Positions 12,838-24,816 of a DNA stretch of 64,000 nt are shown here, piece after piece (the first letter of the stretch is position 1; each line of letters starts with the position of its first letter). The stretch is from Squalus acanthias. Taxonomy: Eukaryota. Under the pieces are notes generated by a model, which saw nothing but the letters and a program-made list of their open reading frames with translations, was not told the DNA's origin and ran no database searches. The stretch is taken from positions 168,454,001-168,518,000 of the forward strand of contig CM059428.1 in assembly GCA_030390025.1 (NCBI GenBank). The letters are read 5' to 3'. The position numbers were made by a program, and so were the translations under genes.

Positions 12838-15175
12838 AATTAGTAATCTTGTTGTACGGGGACCCTTGGGTCAGAGCGATCATAACATGATCGATTTCTC
12901 ACTCGAAATGGAGAGCGAAGAAATTGACTCAGATACTAAGGTCCTGAATTTAAACAAGGGGAATTATGATGCCATTAGACGGGAACTGAGTAGGTCTGAT
13001 TGGACAACGTTCCTGGGAGGACTGGAGGTAGATAAACAATGGCAAGCATTTAAAGATAGAATGACAAAATTGCAAAAATTGTTTATACCAATCTGGCATA
13101 AAAGGAAATCTAAAAAGGTGACTCAACCGTGGATAACAGGGGAAATTAGAGACAGCATAAAATCCAAAGATAGGGCGTATAAAATAGCCAAAAAAAAGCG
13201 CCAGAGCGGAAGATTGGGAACAGTTTAAGATAGAGCAAAGGAGGACAAAGGGCTTAATCAAGAGGGGCAAAATAGCTTACGAAAGCAAGCTGGCGGAAAA
13301 TATAAAAACTAACTCCAAAAGCTTTTATAAGTATATCAAGAGGAAAAGACTGGTGAAAACCAAAGTTGGCCCATTGCAGTCAGATACGGGGGAATATATA
13401 ACGGGAAATAAGGAAATGGCAGACCAACTAAATGCATACTTTGGGTCAGTCTTTACGAAGGAAGACACAAAAAACCTCCCTGGGATATCGGGAAAAATAG
13501 GGACATTTGCAAAGGAGGAACTGACGCAAGTCAATATCTCTAAGGATATGGTGTTAAGGAAGCTAAAGGGATTGAAGGCGGACAAATCCCCAGGGCCTGA
13601 TAACATGCATCCTAGGGTGCTGAAGGAGGTGGCCCTAGAGATAGCGGATGCACTAAGTATGATTTTTCAGAATTCATTAGACTCGGGAACAGTGCCCATG
13701 GATTGGAGGGTAGCTAACGTTACCCCACTATTCAAAAAGGGGGGTAGGGAAAAAGCAGGTAATTACAGACCTGTAAGCCTTACATCAGTTGTGGGCAAAA
13801 TGCTGGAGTCCATCATTAAGGATGAAATAGCGGAGCACTTAGCAAATGGGGACAGGATAGGACAGAGTCAACATGGATTTACAAAGGGTAAATCGTGCTT
13901 GACTAATCTATTGGAATTTTTTGAGGGAGTAACTGGTAAAATAGATGGGGGAGAGCCAGTAGATGTGGTGTACCTGGACTTCCAAAAGGCCTTCGATAAG
14001 GTCCCACATAAAAGATTAGCAGGGAAAATTGAAGCTCATGGGATAAAGGGGAAAGTATTGACGTGGATAGAGAACTGGCTGTCAGATAGAAAACAGAGAG
14101 TTGGAATAAACGGCTCATTTTCTGAATGGCAGGCAGTAACAAGTGGGGTACCACAGGGATCTGTCCTGGGTCCCCAGCTGTTCACAATTTACATTAATGA
14201 CCTGGATCAGGGAGTCGGATGCAGCATTTCCAAATTTGCAGACGACACTAAACTAGGAGGGGGGGTGGGCTCAGAGGAGGAGACCAGGAAGCTCCAGAGC
14301 GATTTGGACAGACTGGGTGATTGGGCGGATAAATGGCAGATGCACTATAATGTGGACAAGTGCGAAGTTATCCACCTTGGGTGCAGGAACGGGAGGGCAA
14401 ATTATTATTTAAATGGCAATAAATTGGGAGAGGGGGAAGTACAGAGAGACCTGGGTGTTCTTGTACACCAGTCACTGAAGGCGAGCATGCAGGTGCAACA
14501 GGCGATCAAGAAGGCAAACGGTACGCTGGCCTTCATAGCAAAAGGGTTGGAATACAGGAACAGGGATACCTTGCTGCAGCTGTACAGGGCACTGGTGAGA
14601 CCACACCTCGAGTACTGTGTACAGTTTTGGTCGCCTCATCTGAGGAAAGATGTTCTTGCCATGGAGGGGGTGCAGCGGCGATTCACCAGGCTGATACCAG
14701 GAATGGCGGGATTGACCTATGAGGAGAGACTATGTAGTTTAGGGATGTACACACTGGAGTTTAGAAGATTGAGAGGGGACCTCATAGAAGTGTATAAAAT
14801 TCTGAAAGGTCTAGACAGACTAGATGCAGAAGGAATGTTTCCCTTGGCGGGTGAGAACAGAACTAGAGGACATAATTTAAGGATAAGGGCTAAACCATTT
14901 AGGACAGAAATGAGGGGGAATTTCTTCACTCAGAGGGTGGTGAACCTGTGGAACTCATTGCCACAGAGGGCAGTGTACGCCAGCTCATTAAATATATTTA
15001 AGAGGGAATTAGATGTATTTCTACAGGCAAAAGGGGTTAAGGGTTACGGAGAGAAGGCGGGGACGGGATACTGAATTGGAGGATCAGCCATGATCTCATT
15101 AAATGGCGGAGCAGGCTCGAAGGGCCGGATGGCCTACTCCTGCTCCTATCTTCTATGTATCTATGTATCTATGTA
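12838..15175 (+). mobile_element. 5'-truncated CR1 LINE with 10-bp TSD TCCTCCTCCT
   Basis: TSD at 12828-12837 and 15176-15185; (TCTATGTA)n tail; ORF2 with one frameshift at the A-run near 13190. Confidence 0.92.
13353..15074 (+). CDS. CR1 ORF2 reverse transcriptase domain (open part of a truncated copy)
   Basis: NYRPVSLTS, YLDFQKAFD, GVPQGSVLGP, FADD motifs. Confidence 0.9.
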   Translation: MKTKVGPLQSDTGEYITGNKEMADQLNAYFGSVFTKEDTKNLPGISGKIGTFAKEELTQVNISKDMVLRKLKGLKADKSPGPDNMHPRVLKEVALEIADALSMIFQNSLDSGTVPMDWRVANVTPLFKKGGREKAGNYRPVSLTSVVGKMLESIIKDEIAEHLANGDRIGQSQHGFTKGKSCLTNLLEFFEGVTGKIDGGEPVDVVYLDFQKAFDKVPHKRLAGKIEAHGIKGKVLTWIENWLSDRKQRVGINGSFSEWQAVTSGVPQGSVLGPQLFTIYINDLDQGVGCSISKFADDTKLGGGVGSEEETRKLQSDLDRLGDWADKWQMHYNVDKCEVIHLGCRNGRANYYLNGNKLGEGEVQRDLGVLVHQSLKASMQVQQAIKKANGTLAFIAKGLEYRNRDTLLQLYRALVRPHLEYCVQFWSPHLRKDVLAMEGVQRRFTRLIPGMAGLTYEERLCSLGMYTLEFRRLRGDLIEVYKILKGLDRLDAEGMFPLAGENRTRGHNLRIRAKPFRTEMRGNFFTQRVVNLWNSLPQRAVYASSLNIFKRELDVFLQAKGVKGYGEKAGTGY

Positions 15176-17563
15176 TCCTCCTCCTCTGAAGAGGCTGCAT
15201 GCTCTGCACCTTGCTCCTCCTGCAGCGCTATATTGTGCAGTGTGCAGCAAACAACAATGATTCTGGAGACCCTGGCTAGTGTGTAATGAAGGGCTCCTCC
15301 AGATCTGTCAAAGCATCTGAAGCACATCTTCAGCATGCCTATTGCTTGCTCTATGACACATCTGGTGGACATGTGGCTGTCATTATAACACTCCTCGGCC
15401 TCAGTACTTGGCGTCCTCAAAGATGTCATGAGCCACTTCTTCAGTGGATAGCCCTGGTCTCCAAGCAACCAGCCGGTAAGTCTATTTGGAGGTGCGAAGA
15501 GCTGAGGGAGGGTGGACTGGTGCAGGACGAGAGGGTCATGACAGCTGCCAAGGGAATCTGGAGCACACATGCATAATTATCTTTTTATGGTTGCAGACGA
15601 GCTGCACATTGAGGGAGTGGAAGCCACTGCGGTTCACAAACATTCCTGGGTGATGATGGGGTGCCTTCATGGCCACATGTGTGCAGTCGATGACGCCCTG
15701 CACCTGTGGGAGGTCAGCCAGAGGCACAAAGCCGAGCGTCCGCTCAATAATACTGGCCTCATCAGTGGCAAAGTTGATATAATTGGCTGACTTGTGAAAC
15801 ATGGCATCGGTCACCTGGGTTATACATCTGTGGGCGGCCGACTACGAAATCCCGCAAACGTCTACTGCAGATCCCTGGAAGGAGTCCGAGGTGAAGAAGT
15901 TGAGGGCGGTGGTGACTTTGACAGCCACTGGTAAGGAGTGTCCACCAGGATCTCTGGGTAACAGGTCTTGTTCCAGAAAGTTACAAATGTCTGCGACGAC
16001 CTGGCACGATAGCCTGAGCCTCCTGAAGCACTGCTGCTCAGTCATGTTGAGGAAGCTCATCCTGTGCCTGTATACCCTGTATTTGGGGTATCGCCTCCGG
16101 CGTGCTGCAGCCCCTATGGTGCCCCCCCTCTCTCCTGTGGAACATTAGGTCGTTGAGAGAAGACTGCTGTTGTGATTGCTGCTGCTGCTGGTGTGGCCGG
16201 TGTTATTGGTGGTGGGGCTCATCTTGGTCCGATTCTGAGGACCAAGGTGAGACAGTATAAGTGGCACCCATGCTGATGTAGCAGATGGCAGGTAAAGTGG
16301 AGATCAGAGGGCCAATCCCTCAATGTTGTGATACTGAGTAGCAATAGAGTGGCTTCCGAGGTTTCAGAAATGACCTGCAAACTGCTGACACCTAAATCTG
16401 TGGACAAAATGGAGTGAGCAAGAGCCTTGCAAGTAATGAGGTGTAATGTTGCAGTATTTATGTGCTTTTCCCAGCTCTCAATGAATGGACTCGCCAACGG
16501 CCACTGAGCTTCCACCTCCCCTTCACAGGCGAGGTAACCGACCTGCGTGGATCCCCTGCTCCTGCAGTAAAAGTCAAAAGCTGGCATTAAAAACCCACTT
16601 AAGGGTCTCTCAACAAGCAGTTAATGACTTGAATGAGGTTGCCCGCCTCTGCCGATCAAGTCAGTGTTGCACCTTCAAAGCTGCCCGAGTTAAATGCACG
16701 AGGCGGCGGGTTCCCGATGCGCTTGTAATTTCCGTGATTTTACTGCCGACCCGCCCCCAAACCCGCATGCTCGGCAACAGGAAAATTCCGGCTAGTTTGT
16801 CTCTTCATATGGAGATAAAAGGAAAAAGCGCAAAGGTACTTTCCAAACCTTCTGTCTCTCTCTCTATGGATGGTCAAGAAGTTTCAGTGTAAAGTTCAAA
16901 TTCAATTTTTTATAATTAAAAACTACTTTAACCATAACAAAATATCAAATGAAATTTAAGTTTAAAGCTATAAAAGCATTTAGAAAAAAATACTTACATA
17001 TAATGATTATGACCATGTTGTGGACAAAATGATGTTTAGCAGCTGACAATGATATCAACAAAGCACACAAACATTACCATGCGAGTGAGATAGGTTATTT
17101 TTCAAGGCTTTTGTTGAAGTGGGTGTTTATGGAGCAATTATATCATTGGTGTAATGATCTTGAGATACTGGATTACTTTTCGAAATGGAAACTGCAATAC
17201 GACCCACTATCTCACCATCATGTAATAATACATTGGTACCCTTTAAAAACTATAACTCACAAATTCAAGCTTCCTAACTTAAAAAAAAATCAACTTACAA
17301 GCTTAGTATCATTTTTAAAGTGACAGTATTTCCTACTCAACTTTGCTGTGCCGTACGACTAAAATTTTCCCCTGAGTATTGGCAAGACAGAACCAATTCC
17401 TTTCAGCCTTCATCATAAACTTTGCACCTTAGACCTAATTCCTTCTCCCGCCCCCCCCCCAAACCAGCTGCTTGCTTTGGCTAAACCTGATTGATCATTA
17501 ACTGAGCTTCAAACGTCACATCTGGTTCAGTACCAAAAGTACTTGCTTCTCCTCTGCAACATT

Positions 17564-18050
17564 GGGGGGAATTTTCAATTGAAAAAACGGGTGGGTTGGA
17601 GGCAGTGGGGAAGTTAAAGTTTTAAAAATCTAAATCCCAACCCAACTTTTCCCACCACTTTCAACTTTTACTCAGGCGGGCAGCATTTTAAATATGATAA
17701 TGAGGCCTGAAGCCTCTGCTTTAACCTGCTCTGCAGGTTTAACTGCAGCCTGCCGGGAATCCTGGGGTTCAGGATTCCCGGTAGCTGCAGCGAGGCGGGC
17801 ACAGCCATGGGGAGCAAGCCTTGTGGGCCGCGAGGAGCAGGAGTGCTTCCTCCCGGCCCCCCCAAGCTCACCCACCAGCAGCCTACCCCTCCCTGGGGTC
17901 GGAACTCAGCCTAGTGTTCAGACCCGCTCCCCGGGATCGAAACTTCTCCACCCCCCCACCCCGGGTCGGGGATCGGACTCACTCCCCGGGGTCGGGCACC
18001 GCAACTCCCTTCTAAAACTCCTCAGTCTTGCCGTAGCTCTCTGGACATTT
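17564..18050. mobile_element. GC-rich MITE-like element (Harbinger-like terminus GGGGGAATTTTC); right end uncertain
   Basis: Abrupt GC-rich block starting with a G5-AATTTT terminus like the other MITEs in the window. Confidence 0.4.
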
Positions 18051-18612
18051 TGAAGCCTCTCCAAAACTTAGCTCATCACCTCCCAAATCCTCCTCCTCCA
18101 ACCTCCTGCTTGATATGCAGGCCCTCTTTGTAACGCACCTTGGGATGTTTCACTACATCAATGGTGCTAGATCAGAGCAAGTTGCTGTTGCATTGTTCCA
18201 GACCTGTCAGTGACTCAAAACTGCACAAGAGCATTTACACATCACCAGTGCTATCTATGGGCCCTCCTGCAAGAATGCACCTTTGCACAAACTGTGGCTT
18301 TTTAATTTCTGCGGTCAATAAGCCCCAAAAGCAGGTTTACAAAATGTCTGTTAAATTTTATTCATGGTATAATACTTAATGACCAATAACAATGCTAGAG
18401 TGGTATAGAATGTCTGCAGCAACAACTAGCTCTTGTAAAAGGATAACCACAATTAAATTAATTAATTAAAAAAAAGTGAATGCTCAAACTTGGAAATATG
18501 AACAGAATATGCCATAACAAAACACAACAGATCAATCAGCATCTGAAAGGATATCATATTACATGGAACCTTCACAGGAATGAAGATAAAAATATTACTA
18601 ATCTTAACTCAC

Positions 18613-18879
18613 CTTTAACAGTTAAGGAAGTGGTGGTTTGCTGATCCCCAGAAACACAGGTATATTCACCCGAGTCCTCTGACTTTAGATCATGTACGCA
18701 TAGCATATGTACGCAACCTTCCTGTTTGATTTCATGCTTTTCACTTTGGGAGATTGTTATTAATCCTTTCTTCCATACAACTGGAACATTGGATTGAGAG
18801 AGTTCACAGAGGAAAGTTGCTGTTTCAACCTCATCCACTTCCATATTTTGAAGCAGTTTAGTGAAAGTTGCTGGAGTAG
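18613..18879 (-). CDS. OBSCN: Obscurin Ig exon (type 2, 267 nt)
   Basis: ttcag|CT, AAAG|GTGAG; TPATFTKLLQNMEV..CELSQSNVPVVWKKG..TTSLTVK. Confidence 0.9.
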
Positions 18880-19251
18880 CTGAAAAATAAAACGACAATA
18901 AATCAGCAGGACCATTTCTAAAATTTCTGTTGTAATTGACTATGCATGAATCAAACTTTCATCTGCATTAAAAGTGCACAATAAAATTTGGCATTTTTAC
19001 TTGGTCCAAAAGTGTGATTTATTATAGTCAGCAAAATAAATGGTGACCAAAAAATATAAACAAACAATCTACTCTAAGAGTGCTAGGAGTGAAAGAACCC
19101 TAAAATGATTTAAAGTATAAAATGGCACTTGTGGGGTTTGAGAATTATTCATTAAGTTTTTCAAAAGTCTGAAAAAAAAATTAAAATCTGGAAAATACAT
19201 CATTCAATTTCTTTGAAATCTAGTAATTTTCCATTAAAAATTAACCATTAC

Positions 19252-19524
19252 CTTTGACGTTAAGCTGTGCTGAAGACGTACACTTTCCAACCTTCAAGAT
19301 CACAGTGCCAGTGTCATCCTGTGTGACTTTCCTCAACATCAAGGTGTGAATATTACCATTCTTCACTGAAATTTCATTCATTTCATTACTCTGCAGTTCA
19401 ATTCCTCCCAGAACCCACTGAACACCTCGCACGTTCTCATGGGATACTTTGCATTCAAACAAAACATCCCCACCTTCGACTACTTCCACGTTTTTCAAAC
19501 CATCAACAATTGTTACATCTGGCT
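19252..19524 (-). CDS. OBSCN: Obscurin Ig exon (type 3, 273 nt)
   Basis: tttcag|AG, AAAG|GTAAT; EPDVTIVDGLKN..VQWVLGGIELQSNEMNEI..SSAQLNVK. Confidence 0.92.
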
Positions 19525-20044
19525 CTGAAAAAATATTGAGAGAAAAAAAAAAATACCAAATGACAGAAAATGAATAGTATCTGGTGGAGAGAGGCTGGAA
19601 GTTGGGATGGAACCCAGATAATACCAGGCCCCAAATGACATATGTGGGCTCCGTGTGGATTCCCAGACTGAGATAGTGGCCTATACCCCAAAGAAAAATC
19701 ACATATTCTTTTTACTTTTTAAATGCAGCCCCCTTACAAAGAGGGCCACTGGGGCCACTTTAAAGATCTATCTGTGGAGCAGCACTCCTCTTAGAACTAG
19801 CAAGCTGCTCCACAATTTGCAACATATGGGGGGGAGGGGCGGGGGGAGGCAGGTGGGTGCCCCAGTTGTGTCACTAGTGGTGTGGGCACGTGTTAATGGC
19901 ATTTCAATTAAGGGACCTCCCTCTGGGCGCCTCATAGCACTTACGCCAGGATTCCAGCTTCCCTCCCACTGCCCCACCAAGTTTCAGGCCTATCATATGT
20001 TTGCAACCTCCAAAATCACCAACAAACATTGGCCAAAACATCAT

Positions 20045-20188
20045 CGCCGGGAATTTCTTCGAGGATTCCCCCAATTGGCCACCGTAACTTCAGTGGAAGC
20101 TAGTTTGCGCGTCAATCCAAGGTTTCCGCCAATCTTCCGCCGAAGTTACGGCGACCGATTGGGAGAACTGCTGAGGAAATTCCCGGCA
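20045..20188. mobile_element. Short palindromic Harbinger-like MITE, probable TSD CAT
   Basis: TIR GCCGGGAATTTC(T/C)TC at both ends; internal arms also complementary. Related fragments at ~10794-10860 and ~31525-31610. Confidence 0.6.
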
Positions 20189-20331
20189 CATGTCTCCTTT
20201 TGGTTCCTCCCAGGACAAAGCACAAGTCAGCTTCTGTTAAAATAAGGTTATTTTAGTTTAGAAAATGTAATCATATTTACTTAATATTTCTTACCTGGAA
20301 TAACAAAAGAAACAATGATCTATCCTTTCTG

Positions 20332-20439
20332 CGTGACAGTTAAGGAAACAGTGATCTGTTTCTGACCTGTGGCAATTAAGAAAGCAGTAGTTTTTTGTTT
20401 ACCTGTGACAGTTAAGGAGGCAGTGGTCTGTTGATTGCC
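20332..20439 (-). repeat. Degenerate 3 x 36-bp tandem repeat of the exon's last beta-strand, spanning the donor
   Basis: GNQQTTASLTVT / GKQKTTAFLIAT / GQKQITVSLTVT. Confidence 0.8.
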
Positions 20440-20669
20440 AGAATCACAGGTATATTCTCCAGCATCTTCCGGCTTCAGATTGTGGATTAACAACTCAACA
20501 ATGGGGCCTTTCTGCTTCATTTCGTACTTGTCATTTGGTTGAAGTACCACAGATCCCTTTCTCCATTCCACGGAGGCATCAGATTTAGTAAGCTCACAAT
20601 GCAGTGTGGCAGTGTGGCCTTCTTCTGCTTCCTCATTCTGAAGCCATCGTTTGAAAAGTGCAGGGAAGA
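20403..20669 (-). CDS. OBSCN: Obscurin Ig exon (type 1, 267 nt)
   Basis: ttcag|TC, ACAG|GTAAA; FPALFKRWLQNEEAEEG..VEWRKGSVVLQPNDKYEMKQKG..TTASLTVT. Confidence 0.9.
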
Positions 20670-21728
20670 CTGAAAAAAATTATCAATATTATGACAATAC
20701 TAAGGCAGAAAGAAATATTTATTGGTCAAAGCACAGAAAGTAGAGTACTTTAAAACACTAAACACACAGGAGTGCCTACTAGGCAGCATTAAATGGAATT
20801 ATACATATCTGGATGGCTACATAATTTTAAATATTGTACAGACAGCTCTGTGCACATTAACTAGTCTTCCTATGTTCCCATCTTATTTTGCTTTTTGCTG
20901 AGCAGCCCGAGAGAGGATAATAGTGCTGAATTCCCCTTCAGTCACACGTTCTTGCTTCGGTGATGCCACAAATTTGGATAGCAGGTTGGTGTATAGCAGT
21001 CGCAACTAGTAACCTCACCACAGGATCAACAAAATATAATTAAAAAAAATTAAACACTTGACTTCTCATCTGTCTCTTCATTTCTCACAATATTCTTTCC
21101 CATTCTCTTTTTCTTTTATTTATTGTTATTTTAACATAGTTTCTAACAGTACCACGGCTCCATCCTTTCACATCAAATCTAAACAATTTTGGAAGACACG
21201 GACACAAAAGCAGCAGTGCTGTGACTCCTGAGGATAACAATGGCAGAAGGTGTAAGATGCTTGGCGGTCTCACACTGCTTGGGTTTCATACTTGGTGTGA
21301 AACAACATTGTAACAACATTTGGATCTCTTGCCCACTTTATAAAATTATTTTTTGAATCATTTCAATATTAGGGCATTGAACATTGATTGTCCAGTGATC
21401 AAAACTCTGCACCTGCATATAAACATCTATAACCAAAGCCCCCTCTGGTGACAGAATGCAAGCTACTGCTGGCAACGTAACTTAGGTCTGCAGTCGGAGA
21501 CTGGGACCATTGATATAATAGCACTCTAATTAATATACCCTGTTGTTAACTATTCTATTTGCTTACTTTATTGTTTCCTCCCAGATCTCACTATCCATTT
21601 ATGAGGTGGGATCCACACTGGAAAATCTAGCATCTTAATGCCTGAAAACCAGCTCCAAGGGCTGTTATTCTATCTAACCAAGTATCAGACATCAAAATAT
21701 TGACATGTTCACCTTAACCAGGTCAACC

Positions 21729-21987
21729 TGATTTGGCTATGATAAATTGACACTTAGTGTTAGGGGGGGATTAAATATGTGGGGTTATGGTGATAGGATG
21801 GGATATGTTAGGGGGAATTAAATATGTGGGGTGGTGGGGATAGGTGCAGGCTCGATGTGGGGATTCTGTGTGAGAAAGCAGGGACAGGGTACTGGATTTG
21901 GATGATCAGCCATGATCGTATTGAATGGTGGAGCAGGCTCGACGGGCCGAATGGCCTACTCCTGCTCCTAGATTCTATGTTTCTATG
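21729..21987 (+). mobile_element. 5'-truncated V-SINE (HE1-like); inverted relative to 50674-51126
   Basis: Reverse-complement match to 50674-50951; CR1-derived tail (TTCTATGT)n. Confidence 0.75.
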
Positions 21988-23711
21988 TAACCTTGATGGA
22001 TTTTTATGCAACAACCCAATAAAGATTTCTGTACGACGGTTAATTAACCCATCTGCAGCAATAGGAGCCTGACCACAATCTAATTGATACAAGATAATAC
22101 AATCAGCCATCCACACTCTGTCTTGCTCATGGTGCCCTCACTGAAGCACTGAAGATGGTGAAATGTAGTAAGTGATACTCAACAGGGAAATAATACCATA
22201 CGAGTAAAATTCTGACATGGCAGGTGAGGTTTTCCTTTCCCTGAACTCCACAGTCCAATTTGGGTGGAGTACACCAGCGGTGCCCTTCCCCAAGACTTTA
22301 GTTCCTGAACTACTTCTCAGGCCTCATTTCAAAAGGGAGTGGGCATGCAGCAGACGCACGGATAAGCGCATTATTGGGTGAAGACACACAGGGAAGAGAA
22401 ACTCTGGGGCCTAGATGTTCGGCCGCGCAGTGCCCATTTTTCTCAGCGCCAGAATTTCGAAGCCTGGGTGTTTCTGGGGCTGCAACATTAAAGGAGAAGG
22501 AAGTGGCCTATAATAGGAGCTGTAGATACAATCGGATGTTCTGTATACTTTGGGATCCAGGAGAGATATCATTGCAGCTGTTCCTGTATTTTTGAGATAG
22601 CTGAAACTTTGATAAGCTTGTATTGTAGCTTGTAACATGTTTTTTCATTAGAAGGTGTTCTTGCTAGTTCACAAGGCTGCGCTGGCTGCAGCAACCCAAG
22701 CAAGAGTCAGAGCTTCTCTGCAGTGAACCTTAGAAGGCATGAGTAAAATGGAAGCACCTTGGTGACAAGTGGTAGACACACAGACACAGTTGCTTCAATG
22801 AAGCCCTGTTGCTGATCTGTCACTATATCTGAGCATTTTGAATGTGGAGGAACAGGGAAAACAAGTATGGGTCTGGAGAATAATGGCATGAGACTAGCAA
22901 GAGGGTATCAGTTTGACTGTGAGGCTTCTCTTTTTATTCAAGATGCGATTAAGTAGTTGCATGGTCAGGGGAGTGAGAATTCTTGCTCTGCGGTAGGGAA
23001 ACAGTTGTTATTGGTTTAGGACAGGGACAGGAAAATTCTATCAGCAGCTGTCAAGCGGGCTTATGATTATTGTTCCTCATCTGCCTCCACATAAACCATA
23101 CTGGAAAAGTCGGGGTGGCACAATACTAAAAATGGCCTCCGTCATTTAATCAATTTTAATGCCAAAAACTTTCTTGACAATACCAGCCTGTCCCTGAAGA
23201 CAGGTGGGTTAAATTTGTGTCTTCATCGCATGGATGGCAATCTCGGTGGCTGGCCAGAATGCTCTGCCCGAGTTAAAATCGACCCCTACATTTCTTATAA
23301 AACCTTCAACTCAACTGTGAGCAAAACCACGGAATATCTGCTAGTATTAATAAAGAATTCAGGCAAGAAGTAAATTATAACAGACAAATTTTAACCCTAT
23401 AGATGCCAGGATTAGAACCAAACACAAACTCATAATGAAGCTTTAACTCATGAAACTTTCTGAATTTTCATTATCCTCAGATGAAACCATGTTCAGAATA
23501 TGCTTTAGCAACAACTGGAGTGTGTAAGTGGTCTGCTTTAGTGCCTGTTTGCGTACTGCAATTTACTTCACTAACAATTACCTCTTTTGTTTACTACTTA
23601 CTAATTTATAATAATAGGTAAACCTAAACACAATTAGTTTTAAGAGACTTTTGTTGAATAAGGTATGCATACATGTGCCCAATTGTTTACTTTATTAATC
23701 TATTAACCTAC

Positions 23712-23978
23712 CTTTCACAGTTACGGAAGCTGTAGTTTGATGATCCCCAAAAGAACAGGTATACTCTCCTGCGTCGACTGATTTCAAGTCATGAATCTGC
23801 AATATTTGTACAGGACCTTCCTGTTTAATTTCGTACTTCTCATTCGGAGAGATCAACAGTAATCCTTTCCTCCACGTAACTGGTACATTAGGTTTTGAGA
23901 GCTCACAATGCAGGGTTGCTGTGCCGTACTCCTCCACTTCTATGCTCTGCAGTTCTTTTTTCAAGATTACCGGTGCAG
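23712..23978 (-). CDS. OBSCN: Obscurin Ig exon (type 2, 267 nt)
   Basis: ttcag|CT, AAAG|GTAGG; APVILKKELQSIEV..CELSKPNVPVTWRKG..TASVTVK. Confidence 0.9.
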
Positions 23979-24564
23979 CTGAAATATAGCCAAATAAATT
24001 CATTTTATAGGATTTTTGGAAATTTCAACCCATCATTTACAAGGAATGTCAACAGGAAAGAAAAACAGTAATTCTCACTTTCAAATAATCACGATGCAAC
24101 TGCAGACAAATGTGTGCATTCCTTAAGCTAGTCACAAAGAATGCAAATTTAGCAGTGGGACGGCCTGCACTCAATCTGCATGCGCGTTCGGGCCACTGCT
24201 AAATTTGTCAGGCCCATTTTTTAGGCACCTTGCATATGTTATTGTGGGGCCTAATGCCTGTTTAAGGACCCCTCTGGTAAATTTGTTTCCGATGAGTGGA
24301 GCAGGCGCTGGGCTTGCTCCCCACAGGATTCTTCAGTCGCCACTGTGGCCTAAGCTGTCCTCTTGCAATGTACACGCTGCCTGTGGAGGCACGTCAGGCG
24401 CCGGCAGTACACACAATAAATTGCCAACGGGGGGGGGGGCAGAGGACAAATTTTGGGCCAGCCTCGGGCCAGCTGGGTGGCGCGCCACTAGTTATGGACC
24501 CATAAACGGACCATAATCAATTTCCACCCCTCTAGGTCTTCAAATGGTTCAGTAGGTATGTTAC

Positions 24565-24816
24565 CCTTTACAGTCAGCTCTTCTGATGAAACATACAGTC
24601 CAAATCTGAAGGCCACGGTACCAGAGTCTTCCTGTACAACTTTCCTGAACAATAGCAAATTAATCTTCCCATGTTTAACTGTAATTTGATTAAGTGAGCT
24701 GTTCTAAAGAGTAGCTTATTCTAGTTTCCACTGCATGTGAAACTTTACACTTAAAAGAGCATCTTCATCTTCAAATACAGTCACATTTTTCAGTCCTACA
24801 ATAGTGATATCTGGTT
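24565..24816 (-). pseudogene. OBSCN: Decayed type 3 obscurin Ig pseudoexon
   Basis: EPDITIVGLKNVTVFEDEDAL/KCKVSH/QWKLE*ATL*NSSLNQITVKHGKINLLLFRKVVQEDSGTVAFRFGLYVSSEELTVK with retained AAGG|GTAA donor; two stops, indels, weak acceptor. Confidence 0.85.

Larger units (their letters stand above)
12752..16100 (-). pseudogene. Harbinger (HARBI1-like) DDE transposase, frameshifted and split by a CR1 insertion
   Basis: [59 protein letters not shown] at 15176-16100. The C-terminus EEEPEVEMAPAAAHIAARDGLIMARFT* resumes at 12837-12752. Confidence 0.85.
11640..16793. mobile_element. Decayed PIF/Harbinger DNA transposon (Myb/SANT gene + DDE transposase, convergent), interrupted by a CR1
   Basis: Imperfect TIRs GGCCAGACTTTT / AAAATTCCGGCT enclosing both Harbinger gene types; ends approximate. 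Confidence 0.75.

Noticed and set aside
13353-15074. RT next to repeated variable exons as a diversity-generating retroelement or retron
   Set aside because: The RT is an ordinary CR1 ORF2 with TSD and tail. There is no TR/VR pair, and the differences between exon copies are not adenine-specific.
16794-18612. Remnant of the missing type-1 exon
   Set aside because: Searched by eye for the YTCDSG/WRKG/FKQEL codon patterns and found nothing convincing.
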